The notes beneath the pieces were generated by a model. That model did not search any database. It was given only the letters and a program-made list of their open reading frames with translations, and had not been told where the DNA came from. A stretch of DNA of 64,000 nucleotides, from NCBI GenBank assembly GCA_050633245.1, contig JBOEGD010000030.1, forward strand, positions 64,001-128,000, given 5' to 3'. Positions 39,919 through 50,230 of the stretch are shown here, in pieces (position 1 is the first letter of the stretch; every line of letters starts with the position of its first letter). Origin of the DNA: Calditrichia bacterium. Its GTDB lineage: Bacteria; Calditrichota; Calditrichia; RBG-13-44-9; J075. A program made the translations under genes and the position numbers.

Positions 39919-40003
39919 TCATTTAAACATTCTCTTCAACATAAAAGATTTTTTATAAATCCTGATATAAATAACTCTGATAATAGTTTGGAGAACCATT
40001 ACG

Positions 40004-42595
40004 ATGAAGATCATAAATATATATGCAAAGCTATTGCTGATCTTTGTGCTAATGACTTTGTTCACTACGACGCATCTAAACGCGTACGGTTTTGCGAGTC
40101 ATATGGCACATAAAGATGAAATACTAGCAATATACCCACCAGGCACTCCAATAGGAGATCTCATTACAACCCATGAAGCTTATTTTCTGTATGGCAGTAT
40201 CTTTCCAGATGCTCAATTTGCAAACCGCCTCAAAAGTAGCTTAACGGATATTTATGATGAGGTAGAGGGAACCTTTGGGGTAAAAAGAGTCACATATAAA
40301 ATACTTGTCGACAATGTACCTGATGGTGACTTTCCCTTTGGTTTTGATACTCACCACCCGCTATACGGACTCGACTTTGCCGAGTTTATGTTACAACAAG
40401 CGAATCTACCGAATCCTCCCGGACCAAATCCACCAGAAGGATCTAATTGGATAACAAATCCTGCGCGAGGTGAAAAGCTTGCCTTTGCTTTGGGTTATTA
40501 TGCCCATCTAAGTGAGGACATTGTAGCACATGAGTTTTTTGTACCTGAAATTCTTGCAGGGTCAAATATTGGAGCATTATCTATTCTTAAGGTTGAGGAG
40601 AACGACCCGAACAACCTGATAGAGATTCCCGGAGAAAGCGAAACAGCAATTGAAATTAATACTGATTATAGGTTGGGTAGCACTGCTTCAGATTTGGTAG
40701 AGGATGTGGTTTTTAATGATTTTTGGGTTAAAGTTGGGCAGCTTGAGCCGCCAGTGCCCTTAATAATTTATATTAATGGAATCGCTATTGAATTCTATAA
40801 GGGAGGAACAAATCCCACGCTTAAATTTTTTCAGGAATGTGTTCAACAATGGAATACTATGCATCCCGAATATTTCGAAAACCCTCCTATAAACCTATTG
40901 GGGTTAGTTCAGATGTGCCATATGTTCCGTTTTCAAAATCGTTTTTATGGAGAAGCTGTTGGCCATGGCTCTCTTCCCGATGAATTGACTGATTGGATCG
41001 TAAATCACATTGATTGGGAAACATGGGTCGATTTAACACCAGCTTTCCTTGCTGCTACAATTGGAGTAATTAAGGCAATCGTTTTAAAAGAATTTTTTGA
41101 TGATTTTGTCGAAGGTACGGTTCTCGGTCAAAGTAAGGAAAAAGCACTTGAAGCATCAAAAACATTTTTTGGGATAATGAATAACGATGTAGGAGAGACG
41201 AACGCATATACCAGCAGCAAGCCAGACTTGTTTAATTTGGATGAATATAATATTTTCAAACAAAGCCCGGTATATTCAAGCTCTTCCTTTTTATTAGATC
41301 CCTTCAATAGTAGATACAAGGCCTTGGGCGCTAAGGTATTTGAGGATGTTGGCCCGGGTTCAAACTGGAACACCTCATGGTCTCCAAGAAATGTGAATTC
41401 ACTACGTGGGGCTGTACAAACATCGTTAAACAATCAACTTACGCAAGACTACGAAGCAAGAAACGATCTCGCTGTGTACGATTGCTATTTTACAGTAAAT
41501 GGTATCCGTGTGGCCGAGCAAAGCATTGATTATTCAGAGCTTGGTATCAACAATGTTCAAGCTGTTGCAGAGTTGTACAACTTAGTAGATACTTCTCCAA
41601 TTAATGTGACGCTCAAAGTTCGTGCACTAAATAATTCACCGCCAAATAATATAATTTCGCAATCATCAGTAACAATCAACCATGATCCGCTTACTTATAC
41701 ATCAACTAACCGAACAGAGATATTCACAACTTTCGGTCTGACTGAATTGGCAAAACACCTGTCTGTTCAAGATGGATTTGTAATCGAGTTATTCGCAAAT
41801 GGTAATACAAAGCCCTTCTTTACAACACTTTGGGATATATACTCTACCGTTCCCCAAGTCGATCCATTACCAAAGGCAATATATCGAGAGTTTAACACCT
41901 ATCAATATTGGCCACATTCTTTACTTATTGAAAGTTCAACTCCTGTTAATCTAACACTCTCGAACCTTGTGATTAATTATAGCACAGACTATACAGCAAT
42001 TAACAGCATTACTGCCGGGCCAAACTTTACAATCACCAACACAGGGGATGTATCACTAAATTCGGGTTCACAAATCCGTTTGGTTAATGGTTTTACCGCA
42101 GTTGCCGGGTCAGGATTTTCTGCCAAGATCGATCAAAATATCTCTTCACCAATCTTAGCGAATGTAGATAATCAACTGCGATCAAAAGGAAGTATTCATT
42201 CTGGTCAAACAGAAAGACGGCAAAAGCCTGGTTTTGACAAGGCAAAAATCCGGTATTCCCCGCAAGAAGTTTATGCTAAGGGAACAATAAATAAGCAGTC
42301 AGAAACAAAGCTTCCGGAACGATTTGAGCTAGAAGCAAATTATCCTAATCCTTTCAATCCTTCAACTACAATATCATATGCTATTAAGTATGAAACGCCA
42401 GTTATTTTAACCATATACGATGTACTGGGAAAGGAAGTAGCAACTCTCGTTGACAAGCCACAAGCAGCTGGCTATTATTCGGTTACTTGGGATGGAATTA
42501 ACCAGCACGGAGCATTGGTTGGTTCAGGAGTTTATGTCTATAGGATTAATGCTGGCGACTTTACAAAAAGCCACAGAATGGTATTTATGAAATAA
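40004..42595 (+). CDS. Secreted zinc-dependent phospholipase C/S1-P1-like protein with 3-coathanger-like stack and T9SS-type sorting domain
   Basis: Signal peptide then YGFASH; GSIFPD; THH; GYYAHLSEDIVAH; SGSQIRLVNGFTAVAGSGFSAKI; NYPNPFNP. Confidence 0.75.
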   Translation: MKIINIYAKLLLIFVLMTLFTTTHLNAYGFASHMAHKDEILAIYPPGTPIGDLITTHEAYFLYGSIFPDAQFANRLKSSLTDIYDEVEGTFGVKRVTYKILVDNVPDGDFPFGFDTHHPLYGLDFAEFMLQQANLPNPPGPNPPEGSNWITNPARGEKLAFALGYYAHLSEDIVAHEFFVPEILAGSNIGALSILKVEENDPNNLIEIPGESETAIEINTDYRLGSTASDLVEDVVFNDFWVKVGQLEPPVPLIIYINGIAIEFYKGGTNPTLKFFQECVQQWNTMHPEYFENPPINLLGLVQMCHMFRFQNRFYGEAVGHGSLPDELTDWIVNHIDWETWVDLTPAFLAATIGVIKAIVLKEFFDDFVEGTVLGQSKEKALEASKTFFGIMNNDVGETNAYTSSKPDLFNLDEYNIFKQSPVYSSSSFLLDPFNSRYKALGAKVFEDVGPGSNWNTSWSPRNVNSLRGAVQTSLNNQLTQDYEARNDLAVYDCYFTVNGIRVAEQSIDYSELGINNVQAVAELYNLVDTSPINVTLKVRALNNSPPNNIISQSSVTINHDPLTYTSTNRTEIFTTFGLTELAKHLSVQDGFVIELFANGNTKPFFTTLWDIYSTVPQVDPLPKAIYREFNTYQYWPHSLLIESSTPVNLTLSNLVINYSTDYTAINSITAGPNFTITNTGDVSLNSGSQIRLVNGFTAVAGSGFSAKIDQNISSPILANVDNQLRSKGSIHSGQTERRQKPGFDKAKIRYSPQEVYAKGTINKQSETKLPERFELEANYPNPFNPSTTISYAIKYETPVILTIYDVLGKEVATLVDKPQAAGYYSVTWDGINQHGALVGSGVYVYRINAGDFTKSHRMVFMK

Positions 42596-42764
42596 CGACC
42601 ACTGCTACCCCATGCAATAAGGACAATGCATTAACAATCACTATCCCTCTTTCAAAAGCTCAGGAAAGAGGGATGGTATTCTCCCTACAAAGCCCAATTA
42701 TCTATTGCCCCCAAAACTCAAATACCTTAGCTTATTCCTTTATCAAAACACTGAGCGGAAATAC

Positions 42765-43865
42765 ATGTCTACAGTTTTTGCACCAGAACTTGGTCATACA
42801 GAGAATCAGAAAGAGCTGCTAATCGGCATCAAGCAAAACCGTTTGCCGCACGCCTTTCTTTTTCACGGCCCTGAGGGAAGTGGCAAAGAAGCATTTGCCC
42901 TCGCACTCGCACAGCTGCTCAACAGCACCGCCGGTGTTCTGGATCCGAACGACCCGCCTCAACGCAAAATCAGCACGCTACAACATCCGGATGTAAAACT
43001 TGTCTTTCCCACTCCAGCCAAGACTAATATGAAGGAAGGCGACTATCTGGAGGTGTTAAAAGAGAAAGCGTCGAATCCATTTAAGCGAAGTGAGTTTCGC
43101 GGAAAAAATACCTTTATCGGAATCAACACTATTCGTGAGTTAAAAAGGGAATCGGCCTTTAAACTTTATGAAGGCAAGCGCAAGGTGTTCATCATTACCG
43201 AAGCACACACTATGCGGGTTGAAGCTGCGAATGCCTTACTAAAACTTCTTGAAGAACCACCGGACAATCTGGTGCTTATCCTCATCACATCGAATATCTA
43301 CAAAATTCTTACCACTATAAAGTCACGCTGTCAGATCATGTATTTTGCCAGCCTTGGTGAAGGACAACTCACCCATCTGATGGAAAAGTACGCCGGTGAT
43401 GTCCCGGATGAGAAGCGACGTTTGCTGATACGTTTATCCGGATACAATATCAAACGCGTTTTCGATTTTCTCGATCGCGATGTATTGGCCATCCGCGAGT
43501 CGGCAATAGACCTGTTACGCAAATCCATTCTCATTCACCGCGGACAGGAACTATTTAGCGTCTTGGAGCCCATCGCTCGCAACAAAGACAAAGCAGAAAC
43601 GCGACTGGTTCTCTGGTTTCTACTATTGTGGTTTCAGGACATTCTGCACTTAAAATACGGTGCTCAGGATCGCACCGGACTGTTCAATCGCGATAAGCTG
43701 GAAACTCTGCAAAAGTTCTGGGCCTATATTCCCAATGCCGATCTTCCGGAAGTTGTTTGGCACATTGAAAAAGCGCTACAGGATTTGAATGACACCAGGA
43801 ATTTTAATCCGTTATTGCTTTTAACCAACCTTACGGTTAAAATAAACTTATGTCTTAAAAAATAG
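42765..43865 (+). CDS. holB: DNA polymerase III subunit delta-prime
   Basis: HAFLFHGPEGSGK, HPDV, AANALLKLLEEPP, TIKSRC; upstream of the PSP1 gene. Confidence 0.9.
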   Translation: MSTVFAPELGHTENQKELLIGIKQNRLPHAFLFHGPEGSGKEAFALALAQLLNSTAGVLDPNDPPQRKISTLQHPDVKLVFPTPAKTNMKEGDYLEVLKEKASNPFKRSEFRGKNTFIGINTIRELKRESAFKLYEGKRKVFIITEAHTMRVEAANALLKLLEEPPDNLVLILITSNIYKILTTIKSRCQIMYFASLGEGQLTHLMEKYAGDVPDEKRRLLIRLSGYNIKRVFDFLDRDVLAIRESAIDLLRKSILIHRGQELFSVLEPIARNKDKAETRLVLWFLLLWFQDILHLKYGAQDRTGLFNRDKLETLQKFWAYIPNADLPEVVWHIEKALQDLNDTRNFNPLLLLTNLTVKINLCLKK

Positions 43866-44007
43866 ACATTTGGGGACATTGTAAACATCATTTATATAGA
43901 GCATTGGCAGGGCTGGCGGCTTGTACATGTCGCACGTCAATGCAATTTTTCCGTTCGTTGGTTAGTTTCTTTTCGCTACGTTCAGGAAGGATGAAAGGAA
44001 TTGCCCA

Positions 44008-44823
44008 ATGGCAGTTGAAATCTTAGAGGTCGCTTTTAAAGCCGGCCGAATTGGCGTGTACGTCAATAAATCAGAAATAGATATTACGTCTGAAGACTAT
44101 ATCATCGTTGAGGCTCAAAAAGGTTATGATATTGGCCGGACGCTTCAGCAAGGACAGCTATTCTACGAAGAAGGTCTGAATGAGGATCTGAAGAACGTAG
44201 TTCGCAAAGCCACTGAAGCCGATCTTTCAAAGATGAAAGAGAATCGCAGACTTGAAGAAGATGCGATTCGCACCTGCAAGCAAAAGATCCATGCCCATAA
44301 GCTGAACATGAACCTGGTAGATGCAGAATATCAGCTCGACCATAGTAAGCTCTCCTTTTATTTCACCTCCGAACAACGCGTAGACTTCCGAAAGTTGGTT
44401 CGTGATCTGGCTTCACAATTTCGCACCCGTATTGAGCTACGCCAGATTGGCGTTCGCGATGCCGCCCGCCACGTCAGTGGTTATGGCGCATGTGGTTGCC
44501 AGCTATGCTGCACGACGTTTATCAAGAAATTCGAGAACATCACAACTCAATACGTGAAAAATCAGCTCATCCCGATGAGCCCCTCCCGGCTAACCGGAAT
44601 TTGCGGTCGCCTGAAATGCTGCCTGGCCTACGAGAACGATTTCTATCTCGAAGAACTTGCCAAGCACCCAGCCGTCGATTCAAAAGTCGAAACGCCGGAC
44701 GGCCAGGGTTATGTTCACAAAATCGACATCTTCAACTCAATTATTTATGTGCGCTTTAAAAGCGGTGATATTGAGAAGTACGAAGCGGATGTACTCGCGG
44801 GTGTAACCACAGACAATGGATGA
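44008..44823 (+). CDS. ricT: PSP1-domain protein (RicT/YaaT family)
   Basis: RVDFRKLVRDLA, RIELRQIGVRD, G.CG..LCC, CGRLKCCLAYE. Confidence 0.9.
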   Translation: MAVEILEVAFKAGRIGVYVNKSEIDITSEDYIIVEAQKGYDIGRTLQQGQLFYEEGLNEDLKNVVRKATEADLSKMKENRRLEEDAIRTCKQKIHAHKLNMNLVDAEYQLDHSKLSFYFTSEQRVDFRKLVRDLASQFRTRIELRQIGVRDAARHVSGYGACGCQLCCTTFIKKFENITTQYVKNQLIPMSPSRLTGICGRLKCCLAYENDFYLEELAKHPAVDSKVETPDGQGYVHKIDIFNSIIYVRFKSGDIEKYEADVLAGVTTDNG

Positions 44824-45165
44824 GTTATGATTCATGAATGATGAATTCACCACTCATCGCTTGTATAAAAAGTCGTTGTCAATACCATTATATTTTCTAT
44901 TATCTATCATCAGTCAATAAATCGCTTTTATTGTGCTTATTCACATTATTAGCCCTTCCTTCCGTTCCACAGTCACATTCCACTTTTAAAACCCTTTAGA
45001 TTATCAGTCTTAGTTCTGCAATCGTATTCTATCTTTCGAATCTTTTAAATCATCATTCATTAATCATCATTCATCAATTCTATTGAATTCCCCTCCGAAT
45101 ATCGCTATTTTGTGGCCTCCTATTTTTCTATTGTAATCACTGATTTGTAATCCTGAGGTTTTCAC

Positions 45166-47268
45166 GTGAGACGCGAATTTACATATACCCCCAAAAGTAA
45201 CAAAAAACTATCCGATAAGAAGCGCTACATGCTGACCAGTGCGCTACCGTATGCCAACGGTCCGATCCATCTTGGACATTTGGCTGGGGCTTACCTTCCC
45301 GGAGACATTTATGCGCGTTACTGCCGTTTGAAAAAACGCGATGTCGTGTATATCTGTGGATCGGATGAACACGGCGTAGCAATTCAAATTCGCGCACGCA
45401 AAGATGGTGTTACGCCACGTGAAATTATAGATCGTTATCATCCGCTGATAAAAGAGAGCTTTGAGCGCGTGGGAATGTCCTTCGATTATTATGGCCGCAC
45501 CTCAGCGGAGATCCATCATAAAACCAGTCAGGACTTTTTTCGCACTGTCGCTGAAAACGGTCATTTTCAGGTCAAAAGTGAAGAACAATTATTTGACCCT
45601 GAAGCAAATATGTTTCTGGCCGATCGCTTTGTAATAGGGACCTGTCCAAACTGTTCATTCGAAAATGCCTATGGAGATCAGTGTGAAAATTGCGGCACAG
45701 CACTCAGCCCAAAAGAGCTGGTTAACCCTCGCAGTACAATTACGGATGCCAAGCCGGAACTTCGCACCACAACTCACTGGTATTTGCCGTTAGATAAATT
45801 CCAGAGTGAACTGGAAAAATACATCGAGAGCCACCCGGAGTGGCGCAAGAACGTGCTGGGCCAAATCGGAAGCTGGTTTAAATCGGGACTACAGCCACGC
45901 TCAATTACTCGAGATCTGAGCTGGGGAATTCAGGTTCCGCAGGATGTTGCTGACAAAGAAGGCGTCGACGCCAGCGGTAAAAAACTGTACGTCTGGTTCG
46001 ATGCGCCAATCGGTTATATTTCCGCAACCAAAGAATGGGCAGTTCAACAGGGCAACCCTGATGCCTGGGAGGCGTATTGGAAAAATAAAGATACCGCGCT
46101 GGTTCACTTCATTGGCAAAGACAACATCGTATTTCACTGCCTTACCTTTCCGGCAATTCTAATGGCGCACGGCGATTATATTTTGCCTGAAAACGTTCCG
46201 GCGAACGAATTTCTGAATCTGGAAGGCAACAAATTCTCTACAAGTCGCGACTATGCAGTATGGCTAAACGACTATCTCGACCGTTTCGACCCTGACCCTT
46301 TACGCTATACGCTGGCCATTGGTATGCCGGAGTCTAAGGATGGGGATTTTTCGTGGAAGGAATTTCAATCGCGCCACAACAACGAACTCGCAGACGTGCT
46401 GGGGAACTTTGTTAATCGCACCTTTACCTTCGTGAAAAAATATTTTGAAGACGGTGTTCCCGCTGCCGAGACGCATGACGATTTAGATAAAGAGCTCTTC
46501 GGCGCTATAGAATCGGCGCAACAAGAAATGGGTCAGGCTCTCGATGAGTTCGAATTCAAAAAAGCGACGAAGCGTCTGATGGAACTTGGTCGATTCGCCA
46601 ATAAATATTTTAACGATCGCGAACCATGGAAAACCCGCAAGAGCGCTCCCGAAGTTTGCGCCACCAGCCTGAACAATTGCGTGCAGGCGACTCGTGCGCT
46701 GGCTGTATTGATGAGCCCGTTTATTCCTTTTAGCGCCGAGAAGATCTGGCAAATGCTGCAGCTGGAAGGCAAAGCTGCTGACGCCGAGTGGGAAAGCGTC
46801 GCGGAACGTCATATTCAGCCCGGCCATAAGATTGGCGAGCTGGTTATTCTGTTCCAGAAGTTGGAAGATAACGTTATCGATGCAGAGATTGAGCGCCTAA
46901 ACAGCGCCCTAAAAACCGAACCGGATACACCGGTTGAGGAGAGTAATTTGATCAGCTTTGAAGATTTTCAAAATATTGACCTGCGCACAGCAAAAGTAAT
47001 TGAAGCCGAGGCAGTGCCGAAAGCAAATCGCCTGCTGCGGTTACAGGTCGACTTAGGCAGCGAGAAGCGACAGATTGTTGCCGGGCTGGCAGAGAACTAT
47101 CAGCCGGAAGACCTGATTGGCAAAACTGTTGTTGTCGTTGCCAATCTAAAACCCGCAACGATTCGCGGTGTAGAATCGCAGGGCATGCTACTGGCCGTGA
47201 AAGATGAGAGCGGTTTAACAATCGTTTCTCCGGAAAAAGACGTTGCACCTGGAAACAGTGTGGCATAA
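45166..47268 (+). CDS. metG: Methionyl-tRNA synthetase with C-terminal tRNA-binding domain
   Basis: SALPYANGPIHLGH, GSDEHG, CPNC..CENC, YVWFDAPIGY, KFSTS, ESQGMLL. Confidence 0.98.
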   Translation: MRREFTYTPKSNKKLSDKKRYMLTSALPYANGPIHLGHLAGAYLPGDIYARYCRLKKRDVVYICGSDEHGVAIQIRARKDGVTPREIIDRYHPLIKESFERVGMSFDYYGRTSAEIHHKTSQDFFRTVAENGHFQVKSEEQLFDPEANMFLADRFVIGTCPNCSFENAYGDQCENCGTALSPKELVNPRSTITDAKPELRTTTHWYLPLDKFQSELEKYIESHPEWRKNVLGQIGSWFKSGLQPRSITRDLSWGIQVPQDVADKEGVDASGKKLYVWFDAPIGYISATKEWAVQQGNPDAWEAYWKNKDTALVHFIGKDNIVFHCLTFPAILMAHGDYILPENVPANEFLNLEGNKFSTSRDYAVWLNDYLDRFDPDPLRYTLAIGMPESKDGDFSWKEFQSRHNNELADVLGNFVNRTFTFVKKYFEDGVPAAETHDDLDKELFGAIESAQQEMGQALDEFEFKKATKRLMELGRFANKYFNDREPWKTRKSAPEVCATSLNNCVQATRALAVLMSPFIPFSAEKIWQMLQLEGKAADAEWESVAERHIQPGHKIGELVILFQKLEDNVIDAEIERLNSALKTEPDTPVEESNLISFEDFQNIDLRTAKVIEAEAVPKANRLLRLQVDLGSEKRQIVAGLAENYQPEDLIGKTVVVVANLKPATIRGVESQGMLLAVKDESGLTIVSPEKDVAPGNSVA

Positions 47269-47282
47269 TAAAGGAGAACGGC

Positions 47283-47531
47283 ATGGCAGTCAAAATTCAG
47301 GATGATATAAAGGAGAAATTACGTGGTTCAGTTCAGCGTTATTTCGATGAAGAGCTCGATATGGAAATCGGTGATCTAAAATCTGAACTGATTCTCGACT
47401 TTATTCTGAAAGAAGCAGGTCCGGTTATTTACAATCAGGCCATTAAAGATGCGCAGGCCTTTATATCAGATAAGGCTGATGACATGGATGCCACACTCTA
47501 TCACGTCGAATTCGCCTACTGGAAAAAATGA
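47283..47531 (+). CDS. DUF2164-family protein
   Basis: YFDEELD.EIG...LDF...GP.IYNQAI.DA pattern; AGGAG RBS. Confidence 0.8.
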   Translation: MAVKIQDDIKEKLRGSVQRYFDEELDMEIGDLKSELILDFILKEAGPVIYNQAIKDAQAFISDKADDMDATLYHVEFAYWKK

Positions 47532-48250
47532 GTTATCAACAAGACCTCGCCTATGTTCACCATACCGGCTATGGTAGCTTTGCCGAGAATGCTGCGCGTG
47601 AACTGATTTCCATACTACAAAAATACAATATTCACAACGGACAGATTCTCGATCTCGGTTGTGGTAGCGGCATCACCTCACGTATATTCACCGATGCAGG
47701 TTATGACGTTCACGGAATCGACTATTCGCAGGATCTAATCGGTCTGGCAAAAAAAAATGCACCAAAAGCGACCTTTCAAACGGCTTCGTTTTATGATTGC
47801 GCCCTACCCGATTCCTCCGCAGTGGTTTGCCTGAGTGAATGCCTTAACTATCTATTCGACGCCGATGCTGAAAAGAAGCTCTTTGCACTTTTCCAAACAA
47901 TCTATGAATCGTTGCCAAAGAACGGTGTATTTATTTGTGATGTTATTGAGCCGGGCGTGAACGGAAAAGAGGCGCTGGTCCGCACGTATTCCAAGGGAGA
48001 AGACTGGGCTATTTTGCTCGAAAAGGAGGAGTTTCCCAGAGAGCGCATGCTGGAACGCAGGATGACAATCTTCCGAAAAACTGGCGAGCTATGGCGCAGA
48101 AGTGAGGAAACGCATCGCGTTCGACTCTATAAAAGCACTACCTTTGCAAAGCTCTTAAGAAAAGCGAACTTCAGCGTTCGTACTGTTCGAGGCTATGGCG
48201 CTCTGCGTTTCCGCAAAGGCCAGGTCGGATTTATTGCGCGAAAAAGATAG
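47528..48250 (+). CDS. Class I SAM-dependent methyltransferase
   Basis: ILDLGCGSG, GIDYS. Confidence 0.88.
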   Translation: MSYQQDLAYVHHTGYGSFAENAARELISILQKYNIHNGQILDLGCGSGITSRIFTDAGYDVHGIDYSQDLIGLAKKNAPKATFQTASFYDCALPDSSAVVCLSECLNYLFDADAEKKLFALFQTIYESLPKNGVFICDVIEPGVNGKEALVRTYSKGEDWAILLEKEEFPRERMLERRMTIFRKTGELWRRSEETHRVRLYKSTTFAKLLRKANFSVRTVRGYGALRFRKGQVGFIARKR

Positions 48251-48274
48251 GATCAACCTATGTGTAATATTAGC

Positions 48275-48296
48275 GGGCAGACACATAGGTCTGCCC
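48275..48296. repeat. REP-like palindrome
   Basis: gggcagac-acatag-gtctgccc; partial inverted copy acctatgtgt at 48257; related to 49721-49752. Confidence 0.6.
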
Positions 48297-48319
48297 TTCA
48301 ATACCATGAGAGGAGAGTT

Positions 48320-48490
48320 ATGAGAAAGTTAATGGTTTTATTTATGTTATGTGGGGCTTCCTTCATGATTATGCCGGGTTGTTCCGGAGGCGGGGAAGAG
48401 ACCGAGACGGCAGCAGCCTGTTCTGATTGTGAAGGACATGAGTGTTCCTGTAAAGCTGGCGAGTGCAAATGCGATGGCTGTGGAGGCTAA
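48320..48490 (+). CDS. 56-aa Cys-rich metallothionein-like putative lipoprotein
   Basis: GAGGAG RBS, signal peptide ending MPGC, C-terminal CSDC-EGHE-CSC-KAGE-CKC-DG-C; stop abuts the next start. Confidence 0.7.
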   Translation: MRKLMVLFMLCGASFMIMPGCSGGGEETETAAACSDCEGHECSCKAGECKCDGCGG

Positions 48491-48982
48491 ATGGCTACCA
48501 ATGAAGTAAAGTCATATTTTCAGGATAAGATGACCAAAAATCACTGCTTCGGCTGCGGCATAGATAATAAAAACGGTCTGCAGATCAAAAGCTATTGGAG
48601 CGGTGAGAAAGAATCCACCTGCATTTTCCAGCCGAAAAAGCATCACGCAGCCGGACCGATACAATTTATGAACGGCGGCATTTCTGCAACTATTATCGAC
48701 TGCCATACTGTCTGTACGGCTATGGCAAGGCACTACCGGGATGAGGGGCGGGAAATTGGTTCCGGCGACCTTATCTGGTGCGTAACCGGATCTCTGGAGC
48801 TACAGTATAAGCGACCGGTTCCGCTTAATAAACCGGTACGCCTTCTAGCCAGAATTGAAAAAGAAGAAGGTCAAAAGACCTTCCTAAACTGCGGACTCTA
48901 TTCTGGGGAAACCCTTTGTGTAACCGCCACGGTTTTGGCTATTCGCGTAAACGATGAGTGGTTAAAAGCAAACCCCAATTAG
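48491..48982 (+). CDS. PaaI/hotdog-fold thioesterase
   Basis: CFGCG..N..GL, NGGISATIIDCH, VTGSLELQYKRP. Confidence 0.85.
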   Translation: MATNEVKSYFQDKMTKNHCFGCGIDNKNGLQIKSYWSGEKESTCIFQPKKHHAAGPIQFMNGGISATIIDCHTVCTAMARHYRDEGREIGSGDLIWCVTGSLELQYKRPVPLNKPVRLLARIEKEEGQKTFLNCGLYSGETLCVTATVLAIRVNDEWLKANPN

Positions 48983-49090
48983 CACTTTCCCAAATTTCTC
49001 CTGCGTTAGTTAATAGACGGATCATTTAAAAGACACAAGAGCAGCTCTCGTCTGATTAACAACCATTCATTCATATGCAGGGGAACTATT

Positions 49091-49696
49091 ATGAAATCAT
49101 TGCGCCTCATTTCGTTATTTCTGTTTTTCGCATTAAGTGCGTTAAACGCCCAGGAAAAAGCTCGGGAAATTGGAATCACTCTTTTTGGTGGCGGGTTCTC
49201 AGCTACCTCAGAAATTATTGCCGAAGACCTTGGTCTATTTGGTGAAGCCACCGCAAAACATGTTTCCGCCACTGCTTTCGGTGCACATGTTACAAACTGG
49301 GTAAGCCCAAACATTGGGGTTGAATCGACCGTGGCATTTACGCCGAGTGCCGTTGAGGTATCTGGCCTGGGTCTTGAAGAACAAATTTCGGCAGGCCTAT
49401 TTTTTAGCTCTATTAAATTTTTGGTTGGCGGCGGTACATCGTCGCGCTTTCATCTTGGCTTTGGAATCGGGTTGGTTACCAGTAGTTATGATGAGTTTCT
49501 TGGCGGTGATACACATCTTACCGGAGCTCTGGGAGCTGCCGTTTCCATTCCGATAGGAAAAAGCATAGCGCTTCGGCTTGGAGTCGACAATAACATTCAT
49601 ACTGTTTTTTGGGAATTTGATGGTGTAGAGTCCGAATCCAAACTGCAAAATGACCTGGTATTTGGATTAGGCCTTACGGTAAGAAATACGTATTGA
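49091..49696 (+). CDS. Small outer-membrane beta-barrel protein
   Basis: Signal peptide, alternating amphipathic strands, C-terminal FGLGLTVR. Confidence 0.7.
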   Translation: MKSLRLISLFLFFALSALNAQEKAREIGITLFGGGFSATSEIIAEDLGLFGEATAKHVSATAFGAHVTNWVSPNIGVESTVAFTPSAVEVSGLGLEEQISAGLFFSSIKFLVGGGTSSRFHLGFGIGLVTSSYDEFLGGDTHLTGALGAAVSIPIGKSIALRLGVDNNIHTVFWEFDGVESESKLQNDLVFGLGLTVRNTY

Positions 49697-49720
49697 TAAA
49701 ACGTTGAGCATAAAGCGTAT

Positions 49721-49752
49721 AACAGAGGCTGACATATAGGTCAGCCTCTGTT
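49721..49752. terminator. REP-like hairpin, probable terminator between convergent genes
   Basis: aacagaggctgac-atatag-gtcagcctctgtt. Confidence 0.7.
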
Positions 49753-49762
49753 TATATACCCA

Positions 49763-50227
49763 TCATTTGCCTGTCGAACCAATTCCACCACGGGTTGGGC
49801 CGGCAAAATCAGCAGAATTCATTTCCTGCCATTCTACTTGTGAAGCATAATTCTTTTCGAAAATAATCTGCGCGATTCGCGTGCCTTTCTCAATAATAAA
49901 CGGCTCATCCTTTTTCGCATCGCGGGGATTGTACAAACGTACCATCGCAATTTTCAGCTCATCTTCCGGACCGCAATAATCTTCGTCAATAATGCCAACA
50001 TCATTCGCCAGACAAATTCCATTTTTAATCGCAACGCTGCTGCGAATATGGATTTTATAAAAGAATCCCCGTGGTGGTTCAATAATCAAGCCGGTCGGAA
50101 TGACCACCACCTCACCCGGCCAAAGCTCGGTTGTTGCCGACGCGTGCACGTCCAACCCGGCAGAACCAGGCGTTTGACATTTCGGCAATGCCACTGATTT
50201 ATCTTTGCGATAGATTCTAACTTTCAC
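49763..50227 (-). CDS. dut: Trimeric dUTPase
   Basis: AGLDV, RSS, GIIDEDY.G, RIAQ, RGGIGSTG. Confidence 0.92.
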   Translation of the reverse strand: MKVRIYRKDKSVALPKCQTPGSAGLDVHASATTELWPGEVVVIPTGLIIEPPRGFFYKIHIRSSVAIKNGICLANDVGIIDEDYCGPEDELKIAMVRLYNPRDAKKDEPFIIEKGTRIAQIIFEKNYASQVEWQEMNSADFAGPTRGGIGSTGK

Positions 50228-50230
50228 AAT

